Notes: generated by a model from the sequence alone, not told the origin. 64,000 nt of DNA from Cyanophora paradoxa CCMP329 (GCA_004431415.1 QPMI01000535.1:124001-188000), one strand, 5' to 3'; shown: positions 50,851 to 63,800, counted from the first letter of the stretch. A program made the numbers and translations.

Positions 50851-51412
50851 CCTTCGCCTGCCTGCCTGCCCGGTCCCGCCGCCCGCGACGCCACCCCACC
50901 TGCCCGCCTCGCCCGGCAGCCAGCCTTGCCTCTCTGCCCCTCCCCCCCTCCCCCCCCTTCCGCCCCCCCCCCTCCCACCCTAAGTACCCTGCAATGTGTA
51001 CCAGTACCCCCCCTTGCACCTCCGCGCGTGGCCCGCACTTGCCACTCTTGCACGGGGCCGGGCGCGGTCTGCTAGTATGCTAACGCAGTGCCCCTAGGCC
51101 TAGCTCGTCCTTACATAAGTGCTTACAATAAAGTAAAAAAAGTAGACGACACGTACTCAGTATACTATGATAGCTAGGCCTAGCGACATCTTAATTAAAA
51201 AAAAAAAGACGACATGCGCACTTTGACCATGGCGTCAGCTGTTCTGTCATGAAGATCTGGTGTTTTCCGCGATGATCGAAATGATAAAAGAAAGCTGCCG
51301 CAACGCTGCATCGAATGCTATAGCTATCTATCGTCTTAAGATTATGCAATCACTTTAACTCACGATCGCGATCCTGCACGAATCGATTGCAACTGCAAGC
51401 TACAACTGAGCT

Positions 51413-54400
51413 TCAGTGGAATGGGACGTGGTGGTCGGCCCAGGACACGCCGCCGTCCGCGTGCAGCGCCCCTGCGCCGTGGGCGGCGTCCTCCTCCGCG
51501 TCGGCGGCGGCCGCCAGCGCCAGCGCCTCCGCCGCGGCGTGCAGCCCGCCGAACGGGTCGTCGGTCGCCTCTGCCGCCTCCGCCGCCTGCGGCCCACGGC
51601 TTCAATCGCGCGCTCCGCATTCAGAGCTGCATCGAGCCAGAGCGCACCTCGGCGACGAAAGAGTAGGGCCGCATCCCGGCGTCGACGTCGACGACGTTCG
51701 CCTCCACATCCAGGTGGTTGCTCGCCGGCTGCCCGCCATCGCCGACCTGCTCGTCCGCCCCGCCGCCGCCGCTGCCGCCGTTGTCGCCGCCGTTGTCGCC
51801 GCCGTTTCCATTGTTGCCGCCATTGTCGCCGCCGCCGCTGCCGTCCTGGGCCTGGCCGTCGGACCCCGAAGCCTCCGCGCCTGCTTGCTGCTGGTCTTGG
51901 GAACCGTCAGCTGCAGCCTGCTGGTCGGCGCCGCCCGAATCGCCGCCTGCCTGCGCCGACCCGTCCGCGCCAGGCCCGTCGGGCCCTTGGCCTTCTGCCG
52001 CGTCCGCTGGAGGTTGCTCCGGCTGCGCCGCCCGTCAGCGCAAGCTGCCAGCGACCGGCGGCATGCAGCACAAGCGGTCGCACCGGAGGCTGCTCGCCGT
52101 TGGACCCCCCCTGGCCGCCCGCGCCCTGCTCGCCGCCCTGCACCCCCAATGAGCCGACCCGCTTCGAAAAGCACACACTCACGGCCCCGCTCGGATGGCA
52201 CGCTAAAGCGAGCGGGAACGCACCTCCGGAGGCGCCTCGCCGTCCACCGCGCCGCGGACCGTGTCCTGCACGCCGTCCACCGCCTCCTGCGCGGCGCCCT
52301 TCGCCTCTTCCACCGCCTCCTTGGCGCCGTCGACCGTCTCCTGAACCGCCGCCTTGGCGCCGTCCACCGTCTCGCTGACCGCATCCTTGACGCCGTCGAC
52401 CGTCTCCTGGACCGCCGCCTTGGCGCCGTCCACCGTCTCGCTTACTGTCTCCTTGACGCCGTCGACCGTCTCTTGAACCGTGTCCTTGACGCCGTCCACC
52501 ACGTCGCTGACCGCCTCCTTGGCGCCGTCCACCGTGTCGCGAACCGTGCTCTTGACGTCCTCGAAGGTGCTCTTCGCCTCGTCGATGGTGCCCGTCACGG
52601 TGTCCTGCGAAACCCGCTCACGATCGAGACGCCGGCTGCAGCCCGCCGGCCGAGCGACGCGCGACGCCGTCCGACGCACCTTGACGTCCTGGATCGTGTC
52701 CTTCACGTTGTCCACCGTGTCCTTGACCGTGTCAACGGCCTGCGAAAGAGGTCATGATCGGCTGCGCGACGGCGACGCGGACACTCTGACGAGGCGCGCG
52801 CGCACGTCTTTCACGGTCTGCACGGCCTTGAGCCCCTTGGAGAGGCCCTTGCCGAGCTTCTTCGTCCAGGGCTTCTTGGCTGCGGCCGTGTCATCCAGAG
52901 TAGCGCCGGCTGGGGCGTGTCGGGCCGGGAGGCGGCGCACCCTTCGGGGCCTTCTTGACTGCCTTCTTCCCCGGCTTCTTGGCAGGCTTCTTCGCCGGCT
53001 TCTTGGCAGGCTTCTTCTTGGCAGACTTCTTGACGGGCTTCTTCTTGGCAGCTGTGAAGGCGACGGCATCAGACGCAGTGCAGCGAGATTCGACGCAGCA
53101 ATCGATGGAGCACCCTTCTTCACGGGCTTCTTCTTCACGGGCTTCTTCACGGGCTTCTTCCGCATGGGCTTCTTCTTCGCCATGGGCTTCTTCTTTTTGA
53201 TAGTCTTGCGCGACGAGCGGCCCCGCTTCTGCATCGACTGTGCGGCCGTCAGCGCGTGATGTCGGCGAGCGCTGGCGCGTGAACGGGCGCACCGAGCTCC
53301 TGCGGAAGAACCGCGTGTAGTGCCTGAGCTGTACCTGCCCGTCGCCATCGAGCTCGAGTCCGGAGATCGATGCCTGCGGAGCCAAGGCGCTGAAAGGGTC
53401 GATCCCCAAACCGGCCGCGTCCTCAATCTCCTCCGCCGCCTGCGGCCCACGGCTTCAATCGCGCGCTCCGCATTCAGAGCTGCATCGAGCCAGAGCGCAC
53501 CTCGGCGACGAAAGAGTAGGGCCGCATCCCGACGTCGACGTCGACGACGTTCGCCTCCACATCCAGGTGGTTGCTCGCCGGCTGCCCGCCATCGCCGCTC
53601 TGCTCGTCCGCCCCGCCGCCGCCGCTGCCGCCGTTGTCGCCGCCGTTGTCGCCGCCGTTTCCATTGTTGCCGCCATTGTCGCCGCCGCCGCTGCCGTCCT
53701 GGGCCTGGCCGTCGGACCCCGAAGCCTCCGCGCCTGCTTGCTGCTGGTCTAGGGAACCGTCAGCTGCAGCCTGCTGGTCGGCGCCACCCGAATCGCCGCC
53801 CGCCTGCGCCGACCCGTCCGCGCCAGGCCCGTCGGGCCCTTGGCCTTCTGCCGCGTCCGCTGGAGGTTGCTCCGGCTGCGCCGCCCGTCAGCGCAAGCTG
53901 CCAGCGACCGGCGGCATGCAGCACAAGCGGTCGCACCGGAGGCTGCTCGCCGTTGGACCCCCCCTGGCCGCCCGCGCCCTGCTCGCCGCCCTGCACCCCC
54001 AATGAGCCGACCCGCTTCGAAAAGCACACACCAGTGACCCCGCTCGGATGGCACGCTAAAGCGAGCGGGAATGCACCTCCGGAGGCGCCTCGCCGTCCAC
54101 CGCGCCGCGGACCGTGTCCTGCACGCCGTCCACCGCCTCCTGCGCGGCGCCCTTCGCCTCTTCCACCGCCTCCTTGGCGCCGTCGACCGTCTCCTGAACC
54201 GCCGCCTTGGCGCCGTCCACCGTCTCGCTGACCGCATCCTTGACGCCGTCGACCGTCTCCTGGACCGCCGCCTTGGCGCCGTCCACCGTCTCGCTTACTG
54301 TCTCCTTGACGCCGTCGACCGTCTCTTGAACCGTGTCCTTGACGCCGTCCACCACGTCGCTGACCGCCTCCTTGGCGCCGTCCACCGTGTCGCGAACCGT

Positions 54401-57400
54401 GCTCTTGACGTCCTCGAAGGTGCTCTTCGCCTCGTCGATGGTGCCCGTCACGGTGTCCTGCGAAACCCGCTCACGATCGAGACGCCGGCTGCAGCCCGCC
54501 GGCCGAGCGACGCGCGACGCCGTCCGACGCACCTTGACGTCCTGGATCGTGTCCTTCACGTTGTCCACCGTGTCCTTGACCGTGTCAACGGCCTGCGAAA
54601 GAGGTCATGATCGGCTGCGCGACGGCGACGCGGACACTCTGACGAGGCGCGCGCGCACGTCTTTCACGGTCTGCACGGCCTTGAGCCCCTTGGAGAGGCC
54701 CTTGCCGAGCTTCTTCGTCCAGGGCTTCTTGGCTGCGGCCGTGTCATCCAGAGTGGCGCCGGCTGGGGCGCGTCGGGCCGGGAGGCGGCGCACCCTTCGG
54801 GGCCTTCTTGACTGCCTTCTTCCCCGGCTTCTTGGCAGGCTTCTTCGCCGGCTTCTTGGCAGGCTTCTTCTTGGCAGACTTCTTGACGGGCTTCTTCTTG
54901 GCAGCTGTGAAGGCGACGGCATCAGACGCAGTGCAGCGAGATTCGACGCAGCAATCGATGGAGCACCCTTCTTCACGGGCTTCTTCTTCACGGGCTTCTT
55001 CACGGGCTTCTTCCGCATGGGCTTCTTCTTCGCCATGGGCTTCTTCTTTTTGATAGTCTTGCGCGACGAGCGGCCCCGCTTCTGCATCGACTGTGCGGCC
55101 GTCAGCGCGTGATGTCGGCGAGCGCTGGCGCGTGAACGGGCGCACCGAGCTCCTGCGGAAGAACCGCGTGTAGTGCCTGAGCTGTACCTGCCCGTCGCCA
55201 TCGAGCTCGAGTCCGGAGATCGATGCCTGCGGAGCCAAGGCGCTGAAAGGGTCGATCCCCAAACCGGCCGCGTCCTCAATCTCCTCCGCCGCCTGCGGCC
55301 CACGGCTTCAATCGCGCGCTCCGCATTCAGAGCTGCATCGAGCCAGAGCGCACCTCGGCGACGAAAGAGTAGGGCCGCATCCCGACGTCGACGTCGACGA
55401 CGTTCGCCTCCACATCCAGGTGGTTGCTCGCCGGCTGCCCGCCATCGCCGCTCTGCTCGTCCGCCCCGCCGCCGCCGCTGCCGCCGTTGTCGCCGCCGTT
55501 GTCGCCGCCGTTTCCATTGTTGCCGCCATTGTCGCCGCCGCCGCTGCCGTCCTGGGCCTGGCCATCGGACCCCGAAGCCTCCGCGCCTGCTTGCTGCTGG
55601 TCTAGGGAACCGTCAGCTGCGGCCTGCTGGTCGGCGCCACCCGAATCGCCGCCCGCCTGCGCCGACCCGTCCGCGCCAGGCCCGTCGGGCCCTTGGCCTT
55701 CTGCCGCGTCCGCTGGAGGTTGCTCCGGCTGCGCCGCCCGTCAGCACAAGCTGCCAGCGACCGGCGACATGCAGCACAAGCGGTCGCACCGGAGGCTGCT
55801 CGCCGTTGGACCCCCCCTGGCCGCCCGCGCCCTGCTCGCCGCCCTGCACCCCCAATGAGCCGACCCGCTTCGAAAAGCACACACCAGTGACCCCGCTCGG
55901 ATGGCACGCTAAAGCGAGCGGGAATGCACCTCCGGAGGCGCCTCGCCGTCCACCGCGCCGCGGACCGTGTCCTGCACGCCGTCCACCGCCTCCTGCGCGG
56001 CGCCCTTCGCCTCTTCCACCGCCTCCTTGGCGCCGTCGACCGTCTCCTGAACCGCCGCCTTGGCGCCGTCCACCGTCTCGCTGACCGCATCCTTGACGCC
56101 GTCGACCGTCTCCTGGACCGCCGCCTTGGCGCCGTCCACCGTCTCGCTTACTGTCTCCTTGACGCCGTCGACCGTCTCTTGAACCGTGTCCTTGACGCCG
56201 TCCACCACGTCGCTGACCGCCTCCTTGGCGCCGTCCACCGTGTCGTGAACCGTGCTCTTGACGTCCTCGAAGGTGCTCTTCGCCTCGTCGATGGTGCCCG
56301 TCACGGTGTCCTGCGAAACCCGCTCACGATCGAGACGCCGGCTGCAGCCCGCCGGCCGAGCGACGCGCGACGCCGTCCGACGCACCTTGACGTCCTGGAT
56401 CGTGTCCTTCACGTTGTCCACCGTGTCCTTGACCGTGTCAACGGCCTGCGAAAGAGGTCATGATCGGCTGCGCGACGGCGACGCGGACACTCTGACGAGG
56501 CGCGCGCGCACGTCTTTCACGGTCTGCACGGCCTTGAGCCCCTTGGAGAGGCCCTTGCCGAGCTTCTTCGTCCAGGGCTTCTTGGCTGCGGCCGTGTCAT
56601 CCAGAGTGGCGCCGGCTGGGGCGCGTCGGGCCGGGAGGCGGCGCACCCTTCGGGGCCTTCTTGACTGCCTTCTTCCCCGGCTTCTTGGCAGGCTTCTTCG
56701 CCGGCTTCTTGGCAGGCTTCTTCTTGGCAGACTTCTTGACGGGCTTCTTCTTGGCAGCTGTGAAGGCGACGGCATCAGACGCAGTGCAGCGAGATTCGAC
56801 GCAGCAATCGATGGAGCACCCTTCTTCACGGGCTTCTTCTTCACGGGCTTCTTCACGGGCTTCTTCCGCATGGGCTTCTTCTTCGCCATGGGCTTCTTCT
56901 TTTTGATAGTCTTGCGCGACGAGCGGCCCCGCTTCTGCATCGACTGTGCGGCCGTCAGCGCGTGATGTCGGCAAGCGCTGGCGCGTGAACGGGCGCACCG
57001 AGCTCCTGCGGAAAAACCGCGTGTAGTGCCTGAGCTGTACCTGCCCGTCGCCGTCGAGTCCGAGTTCGGAGGTAGAGGCCTGCGGAGCCAATTGCAAGGT
57101 CGGATTCGCGTGCGGCGTTGTGGCTTGCGGTGCGGGCGCGTTCGTCGCACCAGTCCGTCATGATCATCGACGGCCTGCGAGCCGGAGTCGAGCAGCAGGT
57201 TGATGAACCTGTAGATGGCGATGCCAGGCCCCGAAATGTAAGGCAACTCCGGCTCGGCCGCGTGCTTGGCCGCGGCCCCGCCCTTGGCGGACGTCGATGC
57301 CGTGTGGCTGTCCTCCTTGTGGTCGTCGTCCCACATCAACGCCTTACGGTCGCCTAGCACTGCAACGTCCGAGCGACCGTGACCGTGGTCGCGATTATGA

Positions 57401-60244
57401 TCGTGATCGTCGCCCTGCGCTCGTCGTCAGGAACGACGCACGGCACGCCAGCGAGGGCCGAGAGCACGCACCTGTCGCTCCTTCGCGCCCGCGCCCTCCT
57501 CGAGCTCCTGCGGGGGGCGTCAGACGTGGACAACCGGGCGGGCGGCGGGGTCGGCCGTCGGCCGTCGGCGGCGGCGGCGCGGCGCACCACGTCGTCGGCC
57601 CCGTCGCCGAGGACGGCGTTGAGCGTGTCGGGGCGCACGCCGCCCGAGACGAGCTTGGCGAGGAACTTGGCCTTGAGCTCATCGACGGAGGCCGCCGTCT
57701 TCTCGCCCAGCGCCGCCGCCACCTTGCCCTTGAGCTCCGCGAAGCGCTGCTCGACGCGCCCCGCGAGGACGCCCGACACGGCCGCCTTGCCGAGCTTGTC
57801 GAGCGCGTCCAGGCCGGCCTTGCCGCCGGCCGAGAGCGCCTTGGCCACCTTGTCGCCGATGGCCTTGCCGAGGGCCGTCCGGAGAGCCTCCTTGGCGGTG
57901 AGGCCCTTGGCGCGGGCCTCCGAGGCCGCCCGGGCGAGCTTCGCCATCGTCGCCGGCTTCAGCTTGCCGCCCAGAGCCTTCACGACGGCATCGGCGACGG
58001 CCTTGCCCAGCGCCTTCTCCAGCGACGCCTTCGCGGCCGCCGCCTTGCCGCCGGCCGGGCCTGCCGCCGCCTTGGTCTCAGCCGCCACGGCCGCCTTGCC
58101 GAGCTTGTCGAGCGTGCGCAGGCCGACCTTGCCGTTGGCCGAGAGCGCCTTGGCCACCTTGTCGCCGATGGCCTTGCCGAGGGCCGCCCGGAGAGCCTCC
58201 TTGGCGGTGAGGCCCTTGGCGCGGGCCTCCGAGGCCGCCCGGGCGAGCTTCGCCATCGTCGCCGGCTTCAGCTTGCCGCCCAGAGCCTTCATGACGGCAT
58301 CGGCGACGGCCTTGCCCAGCGCCTTCTCCAGCGACGCCTTCGCGGCCTCCGCCGCCGCCTTGGTCTCAGCCGCGACGGCCGCCTTGCCGAGCTTGTCGAG
58401 CGTGCGCAGGCCGACCTTGCCGTTGGTCGAGAGCGCCTTGGCCACCTTGTCGCCGACCGCCTTGCCGAGGGCCGCCCGGAGAGCCTCCTTGGCGGTGAGG
58501 CCCTTGGCGCGGGCCTCCGAGGCCGCCCGGGCGAGCTTCGCCATCGTCGCCGGCTTCAGCTTGCCGCCCAGCGCCTTCACGACGGCATCGGCGACGGCCT
58601 TGCCCAGCGCCTTCTCCAGCGACGCCTTCGCGGCCGCCGCCTTGCCGCCGGCCGGGCCCGCCGCCGCCTTGGTCTCAGCAGCGATCTTCTTCGCCTCGCT
58701 CGCCGCGACGGCGATCTTCGCGACGCCCATCTTGACGAGGTCTTTGCCGAGCGCGCGGGCGAGCTTGTCGGCCCGCGCCTTGCCCAGCGCGGCCCGCACC
58801 GCCACCTTGACCGAAGTTCCCGCCTTCGTCGCCCCGGCCACCGCCTTGCTGAGCTTCGCGAGGATGGACGGGCCGAGCTTGCCACCCAGCGCCTTCGCGA
58901 CCTTGTCGCCCGCCGCCTTCCCGAGCGCCTTCTGCAGCGCCACGGTGGCGGCCGCCGCTTTGACGGCTTTGGCGGCTGCCTTGGCCGCAGCACCGGTGAC
59001 CGCCCCCTTGACAGCAGCTTTGGCCGCTGCCGCCTTGGCCGCTGCCGCCTTGACTGCTGCCGCCTTGGCCGCAGCCTTGGCAGCTGCTGCTTTGACTGCA
59101 GCTTGGTTTGCTGCCGCCTTGGCGACCGCTTTGGCGGCTTCGGCCTTCGCCGCAGCTTTGTTCGCCGCCGCCTTTGCCGCCGCCTTTGCCGCCGCCTTTG
59201 CCGCTGCTTTGGCTGCTGCTGCCTTGGCCGCAGCTCTGGCTTCCGCCGCCTTGGCCGCCGCCTTGGCGGCTGCCGCCTTTGCCGCAGCTTTGGCGGCGGC
59301 CGCCTTGGCTGAGGCGGCGAGGCCCATTATATCGTCGAAGTCTTCGTCGATGAAGTACTCGTTGTTCTGATCGATCGCAACGCGCGCATCAGCCGGCGAG
59401 CGCGGGCGGGGGCGCTGGCACCGAGGCGCCCCTCACCTCCAGCCCTTGGGGGGCGGGGAGCGCGAGCTTTTCCAGAGCAGCGGCGCTCGTGACGACAGCC
59501 TGCAGGTGCGGCAGGATCGCGTCAACTTCGCGAGGCAAGCCGGCGCCGAGCGGCCAAGCGGAGCCGAACGGAAGGACGGACCTTGGGGGCCGCCTTGACG
59601 ACCTTCGCGAGCAGCTTGCCCTTGCCGGCGCCGGCCTTGTTCTTCTCGCCGCCGAACAGGAACGAGCGGTCGGCCTTGCTCGCGAACTTGAGCTTGTCGG
59701 AGACCTTCGCCTTCTCCTGGCGGACGCGTCACCGGGTGGAGCGCGCCGGGGGGGCGATTCGAGAGCGGCGGGCACCTTGCTCAGCCCGCTCTTCAGCTTG
59801 GCCTTCTTGTCCTGCGGGCCGGGCCGGGCGGGGGGAGCCCGTGAGCCGCGGCGAGGCCTAAGCGCACGCTCGGGGGAGGTCGGGGCCGGTTGCGGCCGCG
59901 CACTCTCTCCTGGAGCGAGTGAATCGCATTCTTCAGCTTGTCGTAGGCGCTCTGCTTCGCCTTGGGTTTATCGCCTGCGAGCGCGGCGCGGCCGGGCGCG
60001 GCCGCAGCGCGTCGGCGAAGTCGGCGCGGCGCAGGGGCGGGGCGCGCGCGACGAGCGCCGCCGTACCCTTTGGCTGCGAGCCTTTCGGCTTCTGCGGAAG
60101 AGAGCCCGCAGCGCCCGCGCCTCCCGGCGACTGCGCATGCGCACGCGAGCGAACGTCAACGTCGAGGGCAGGAGCGGACTCGGCTGGCACCGAGCGGGCT
60201 GTGAGGCACACCGACTTGATCGGCTTCGCTATCCTGGCGCCCAT
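51413..60244 (-). CDS. Very large low-complexity protein: Ala/Lys-rich helical repeats, then three in-frame copies of [H1-tail-like basic block, LEA-like 11-mer block, Gly/Asp/Asn acidic block]
   Basis: Start MGARIAKPIKSVC at 60244 (inferred). Long exon NNEYFIDEDFDDIMGLAASAKAAAAK.. Repeats KKPAKKPAKK, ETVDGAKAAVQ and GGDNGGNNGNGG. The junction exon AAEEIEDAAGLGIDPFSALAPQAS..RHYTRFFRRSS links units in frame. Last exon ends ..VSWADHHVPFH*, TGA at 51413-51415. Confidence 0.7.
51577..57091. repeat. Tandem triplication of a 1853-bp exon+intron unit
   Basis: cctccgccgcctgcggcccacggc at 51577, 53430 and 55283. Equivalent ORFs at 52203, 54056 and 55909. Only scattered substitutions between copies. 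Confidence 0.97.
57770..58680. repeat. Three ~290-310 bp coding repeats (Ala/Lys-rich ~100-aa unit)
   Basis: gcgagcttcgccatcgtcgccggcttc at about 57934, 58243 and 58531. Peptide unit KASLEKALGKAVADAVVKALGGKLKPATMAKLARAASEARAKGLTAKEALR.. Confidence 0.9.
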
Positions 60245-60811
60245 GTCAACTGCTCGCGGCTGGGACGGTCGTTGCAGCTGGAACGGTCGACGTCGCTGTA
60301 TCTGGAGTCCGGCGGTCCCTGGACGCTAGACAGGAGTCCGCGCCTCGTTGGAAGGGAGAGCTGCGACAAAACAGTGAGCGGACACGCCCGCGGTGTCGGG
60401 CACGACGCGCTCGTCGAGACGAACGAACCGGGTCACGCTACGGCGACGCTCCCGCGATCACAGCCCTTCTGCACGATGAAGCTGCACAAGCTTGGTCCAA
60501 TGCGCTGCACCCGCGGCGCCGCGGCGCCCCTGGTCGGCCGTGCGATGCGGCGGCCCACGTTCGTCGCACGCCGTCGGCCGGCTGGAACGGAGCCGCCCTA
60601 AAAGGTGCAAGAGCTGTCTTAGACTCTTAGAGTCGACGTGGGTGCAAAGGAGCGCCCGGAGAGTGACGCCGACTCGGCTTCACCAGCTGGTGCACCTCAG
60701 GGGGGAGGAATGGGGAGTACAGCATATTGTTGCTCTCGCAACCTGGAGCAAAATCTAGAGCGTTAGCGCGCGTCCCGGCTCTGGGAGAACACCCGTCCAG
60801 GCTGTACAGCG

Positions 60812-63800
60812 ATGGACAGGAAGCCGCGGGCTTCGCCCCGGGACCCCAACCCCAGCCGAACACCCCTCGTCCTGCCCATACGGCCCCAGCGAAGCCCGCG
60901 CAACCCCAGCCCTCGCCCGGGTGCAGATGCAGTGTCGCCTAGGAGACCGTCAGAGTCTAGGCTCCCGCAGAGCGTTGAGCCGACCAGCCCGACCGGCGGG
61001 TTCTTCTCTCGCGCCGGAAAGAAGATCAGCTCATGGCTTGGCAACAAGGATGAGAAGGGCGCCAGCAAGGGCGGGCCAGGCACAGCTGTCGCGCTAGTGC
61101 CAGTGCCAGTACAGGGGCCGCACCCCGCCGATCGTAAGCTGGATGTTGCAGAAATGCAGCCTCTCGGGCTGACAATGCCAACCTTCTCGGTCCGCTGAGC
61201 GCCGGTGAAGCGCGCCCAACGCTAGCTAAACTTTCAATTGCGTAGGACATGATCCTGGCGAAACACAACAAGATCCAGCCGCTGCCCGCTGAAAGCAAGC
61301 TCGTGGACATAGAATCACAAGGATTGTCAAAGCCGACAGTGAGCCTCCCCTCTGTTGCGCTCCACGGCGGCTCTGATCGGGTTGCTTTCTTGCAGGAGGG
61401 CACCTATGCCGCGCCTACCATAGCGATCCACGGCCCAGCAAATGGAACAGCGGGCGGTGCGAGAGTCACTCCGATCGCTGTGGCGCACGGCTGAGCCTTC
61501 CCGCAGGCACAGAGCTTACGTCCATATTCGGCGTGGCGCCGCCCCCTTCTGTGTACTCGGCAGCGACCAAGGCGGTTTCAACGAAGGGAGAGATCCTCCA
61601 GCAGCAGGTCTACCGCGACCTCTCGAGCCGCGCCTTTGTTTTCCGGTCTGCGGTTGTCCCCGTCCGCACTGCAGCTCCGCCGCTGACGGCGGCGGCGCAG
61701 GGAGAAGATCATTGAGGAGTTCCGCCTGAAGGACGAGATCCTGGAGGAGAACAGCGAGAACGCGCCGCAATACTCCTCCACGGAGGTCGTCCGCGGTCCG
61801 CCGCCGCCGCCACCGCCGCGCGCGCCGCCGCTGCGCCGGCGCCGACGCGCGCGGCAGACGAGAAGCTGATGACGAAGGTGCTGTTCGAGAAGCCGACGCA
61901 GCTCGTCCGCTTCAAGATCTTCAAGCGCTCTGCGGAGAACAAGGTCCGCCCCGCCGCTGGCCGGTGCCGCCGCGTGCCCGCGAGCCACCGCACCCACGTG
62001 CCTGGTGCCGCAGGACCAGAAGATCGACCGGCGCCTCATCCGCGTGCGCAACATCAACACGGTGCGCGTTCTCGTGTCGATTTCCGCGACCCTTGTTTCG
62101 TGTTGGGCTCCTTCGACGCGACCGGCAGGTCCCCTTGGGCGTGTGGGCCGCTTGGGTCGTCGACTCCAAGTTCTTCAACATCCTCGTCAAGTGCGCTTCG
62201 TGAACGTAGTTTTGCCTCGCCCGTTCGATGCAGTTTCCTTTACGTCCCTTATCTTCCTCACCGCTTTCTTCTCCTCGGCCTCCAGTGCCGCCATCATTCT
62301 GAACTGCGTGATGATGGGGATCCAAAGCGAGCTGAAGGTCCGCCTTTGCAGCAGCGGTTGCTCACGCGGCCAGCAGTCTTGCCCAGCGGCTGCTCACGCG
62401 CGGGCGCCGCAGGACGAGGACTACATGGCGGTGCGCGTGCTCAGCATGGTCGACTACCACCTCCTCATCCTCTTCGCCATCGAAATCTTCCTCAAGGCCC
62501 GCCCCCACCCCGCCCCGCCCGCCGCGCGCCGCCCAGCCGACGCTCCCTGGCTCCTCGCAGTGGATCGACAACTTCGAGAAGTTCTGGCAGAGCGGCTGGA
62601 ACATCTTCGTGCGCGCCTCGCCGCCGCCTTCACGCCGCCGCCGCCGCCGCCGCGCGCCTGACGGCGGTCGCAGGACTTCCTCGTGACGTTCCTCTCCATC
62701 ATACCCGAGATCATCGTCGCCGCCTCCGGCCCCAGTGCGCCCCGCGCGCGCGCCCCGCAGGCGTTGCGCGTCTGTTGCGGTTGACCGCGCCGCAGCGCGC
62801 GCCGGCGACAAGAACGTCATCACCATCGTCGCGCGGCAGGCTCGCACGCCCGCCCCATCTTCCAAGGTGTGGGCAGCTGACGGCCGCGCAGATCCGGACC
62901 TTCCGAGTCTTCCGAACGTTCAAGGTCGTCACGCGGTTCCGGAACCTAAAGATCATCGTCAGAACGGTCCTCGACGCCTTCGGGGTACGTGACTCTCTGC
63001 GCGGCCCGAGTGTACCCCTCGCTTCGCCGACGTACCCCGCAGCAATTCGGGTACATCGCGCTGCTGATGATGCTGCTCTTCTACCTCTACGCGGTACCCC
63101 TCTTTGTCTCGTCCTCGCCCATACCCCTCCGACGCCGCGGTTCCCCCGCAGGTCTTCGGCGTGGCGTCCTTCTCGTCCTACTCGGAGTCGAACATCCCGG
63201 GGCTGAACTACCAGCACAAGTTCTCGTGCGCCGGGCCCGCCGTCTCTTCCGAGCGGACGGGCACCGGATGACGGGACCGGCAGCGATTTCGGGGCGGCAA
63301 TGTTGACGCTGTTCCAAATGCTTACCCTCGACCAGTGGTACAAGTGCGCGTTCTGTGTGCCCAGCTTTACGCCGATCGCCGCTGAGAACGCGGTGCGGTG
63401 GCCAGGATGTGCATGGAGATATCGAAGTACACTGTGGCGCCGATCACGATCGTCTACTTCATGACGTGGGTGTGGATCGGCGCGTTCATTTTCCGCAACA
63501 TCTTCATCGGTGTCATGGGTCCGCGCCGCCCCCGCCCGGCTGCGCCCGCGAGCGATCGCCGACGGGAGCGCAGTGCGGAACTTCCGGGCGATCAGCGCGG
63601 AGCTGGCGAAGCAGGCGAAGGACGAGGCGAAGAAGCGCAAGCTCGAGCGGATGCTGAAGAAGCTCAACCAGCGCTTCAGGAACCGCGACGGGGCGACGGC
63701 GCCGGGCGAGGGCCCGGCGCTCTCGGCGAACCTGCTCGAGGCGCTGAACAAGGGCGGGGACGCCGGGAGCCAGGCGGAGAGCCAGGTCGGCAGCCAGGCG

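Larger units (their letters stand above)
49191..51076. mobile_element. Possible Helitron-derived region with two outward-facing hairpin+CTAG|T ends
   Basis: Minus strand at 49191-49224 reads ccggcgcg-ccaaa-cgcggccgg..CTAGT. Plus strand has an imperfect GC hairpin at 51023-51066 followed by CTAGT at 51072-51076. Internal tandem repeats. No RepHel ORF. Confidence 0.3.

Noticed and set aside
49193-51095. hAT element with TAGGGGC ends
   Set aside because: Only 7 bp of inverted match and no 8-bp TSD.
52750-53230. Histone H1 genes in tandem
   Set aside because: Only KKPAKK tail-like sequence is present; there is no winged-helix globular domain, and it is spliced into a much larger ORF.
57297-59370. 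Two ~670-aa plus-strand ORFs suggesting overlapping genes
   Set aside because: Shadows of the Ala/Lys codons (gcc/gcg/aag) on the minus strand, which leave no stops in the antisense frames.
61700-63700. Bacterial NaChBac, EukCat or four-domain Nav/Cav channel
   Set aside because: Intron-rich single domain with a TLDQW filter rather than TLESW, plus CATSPER2-like N-terminal motifs.
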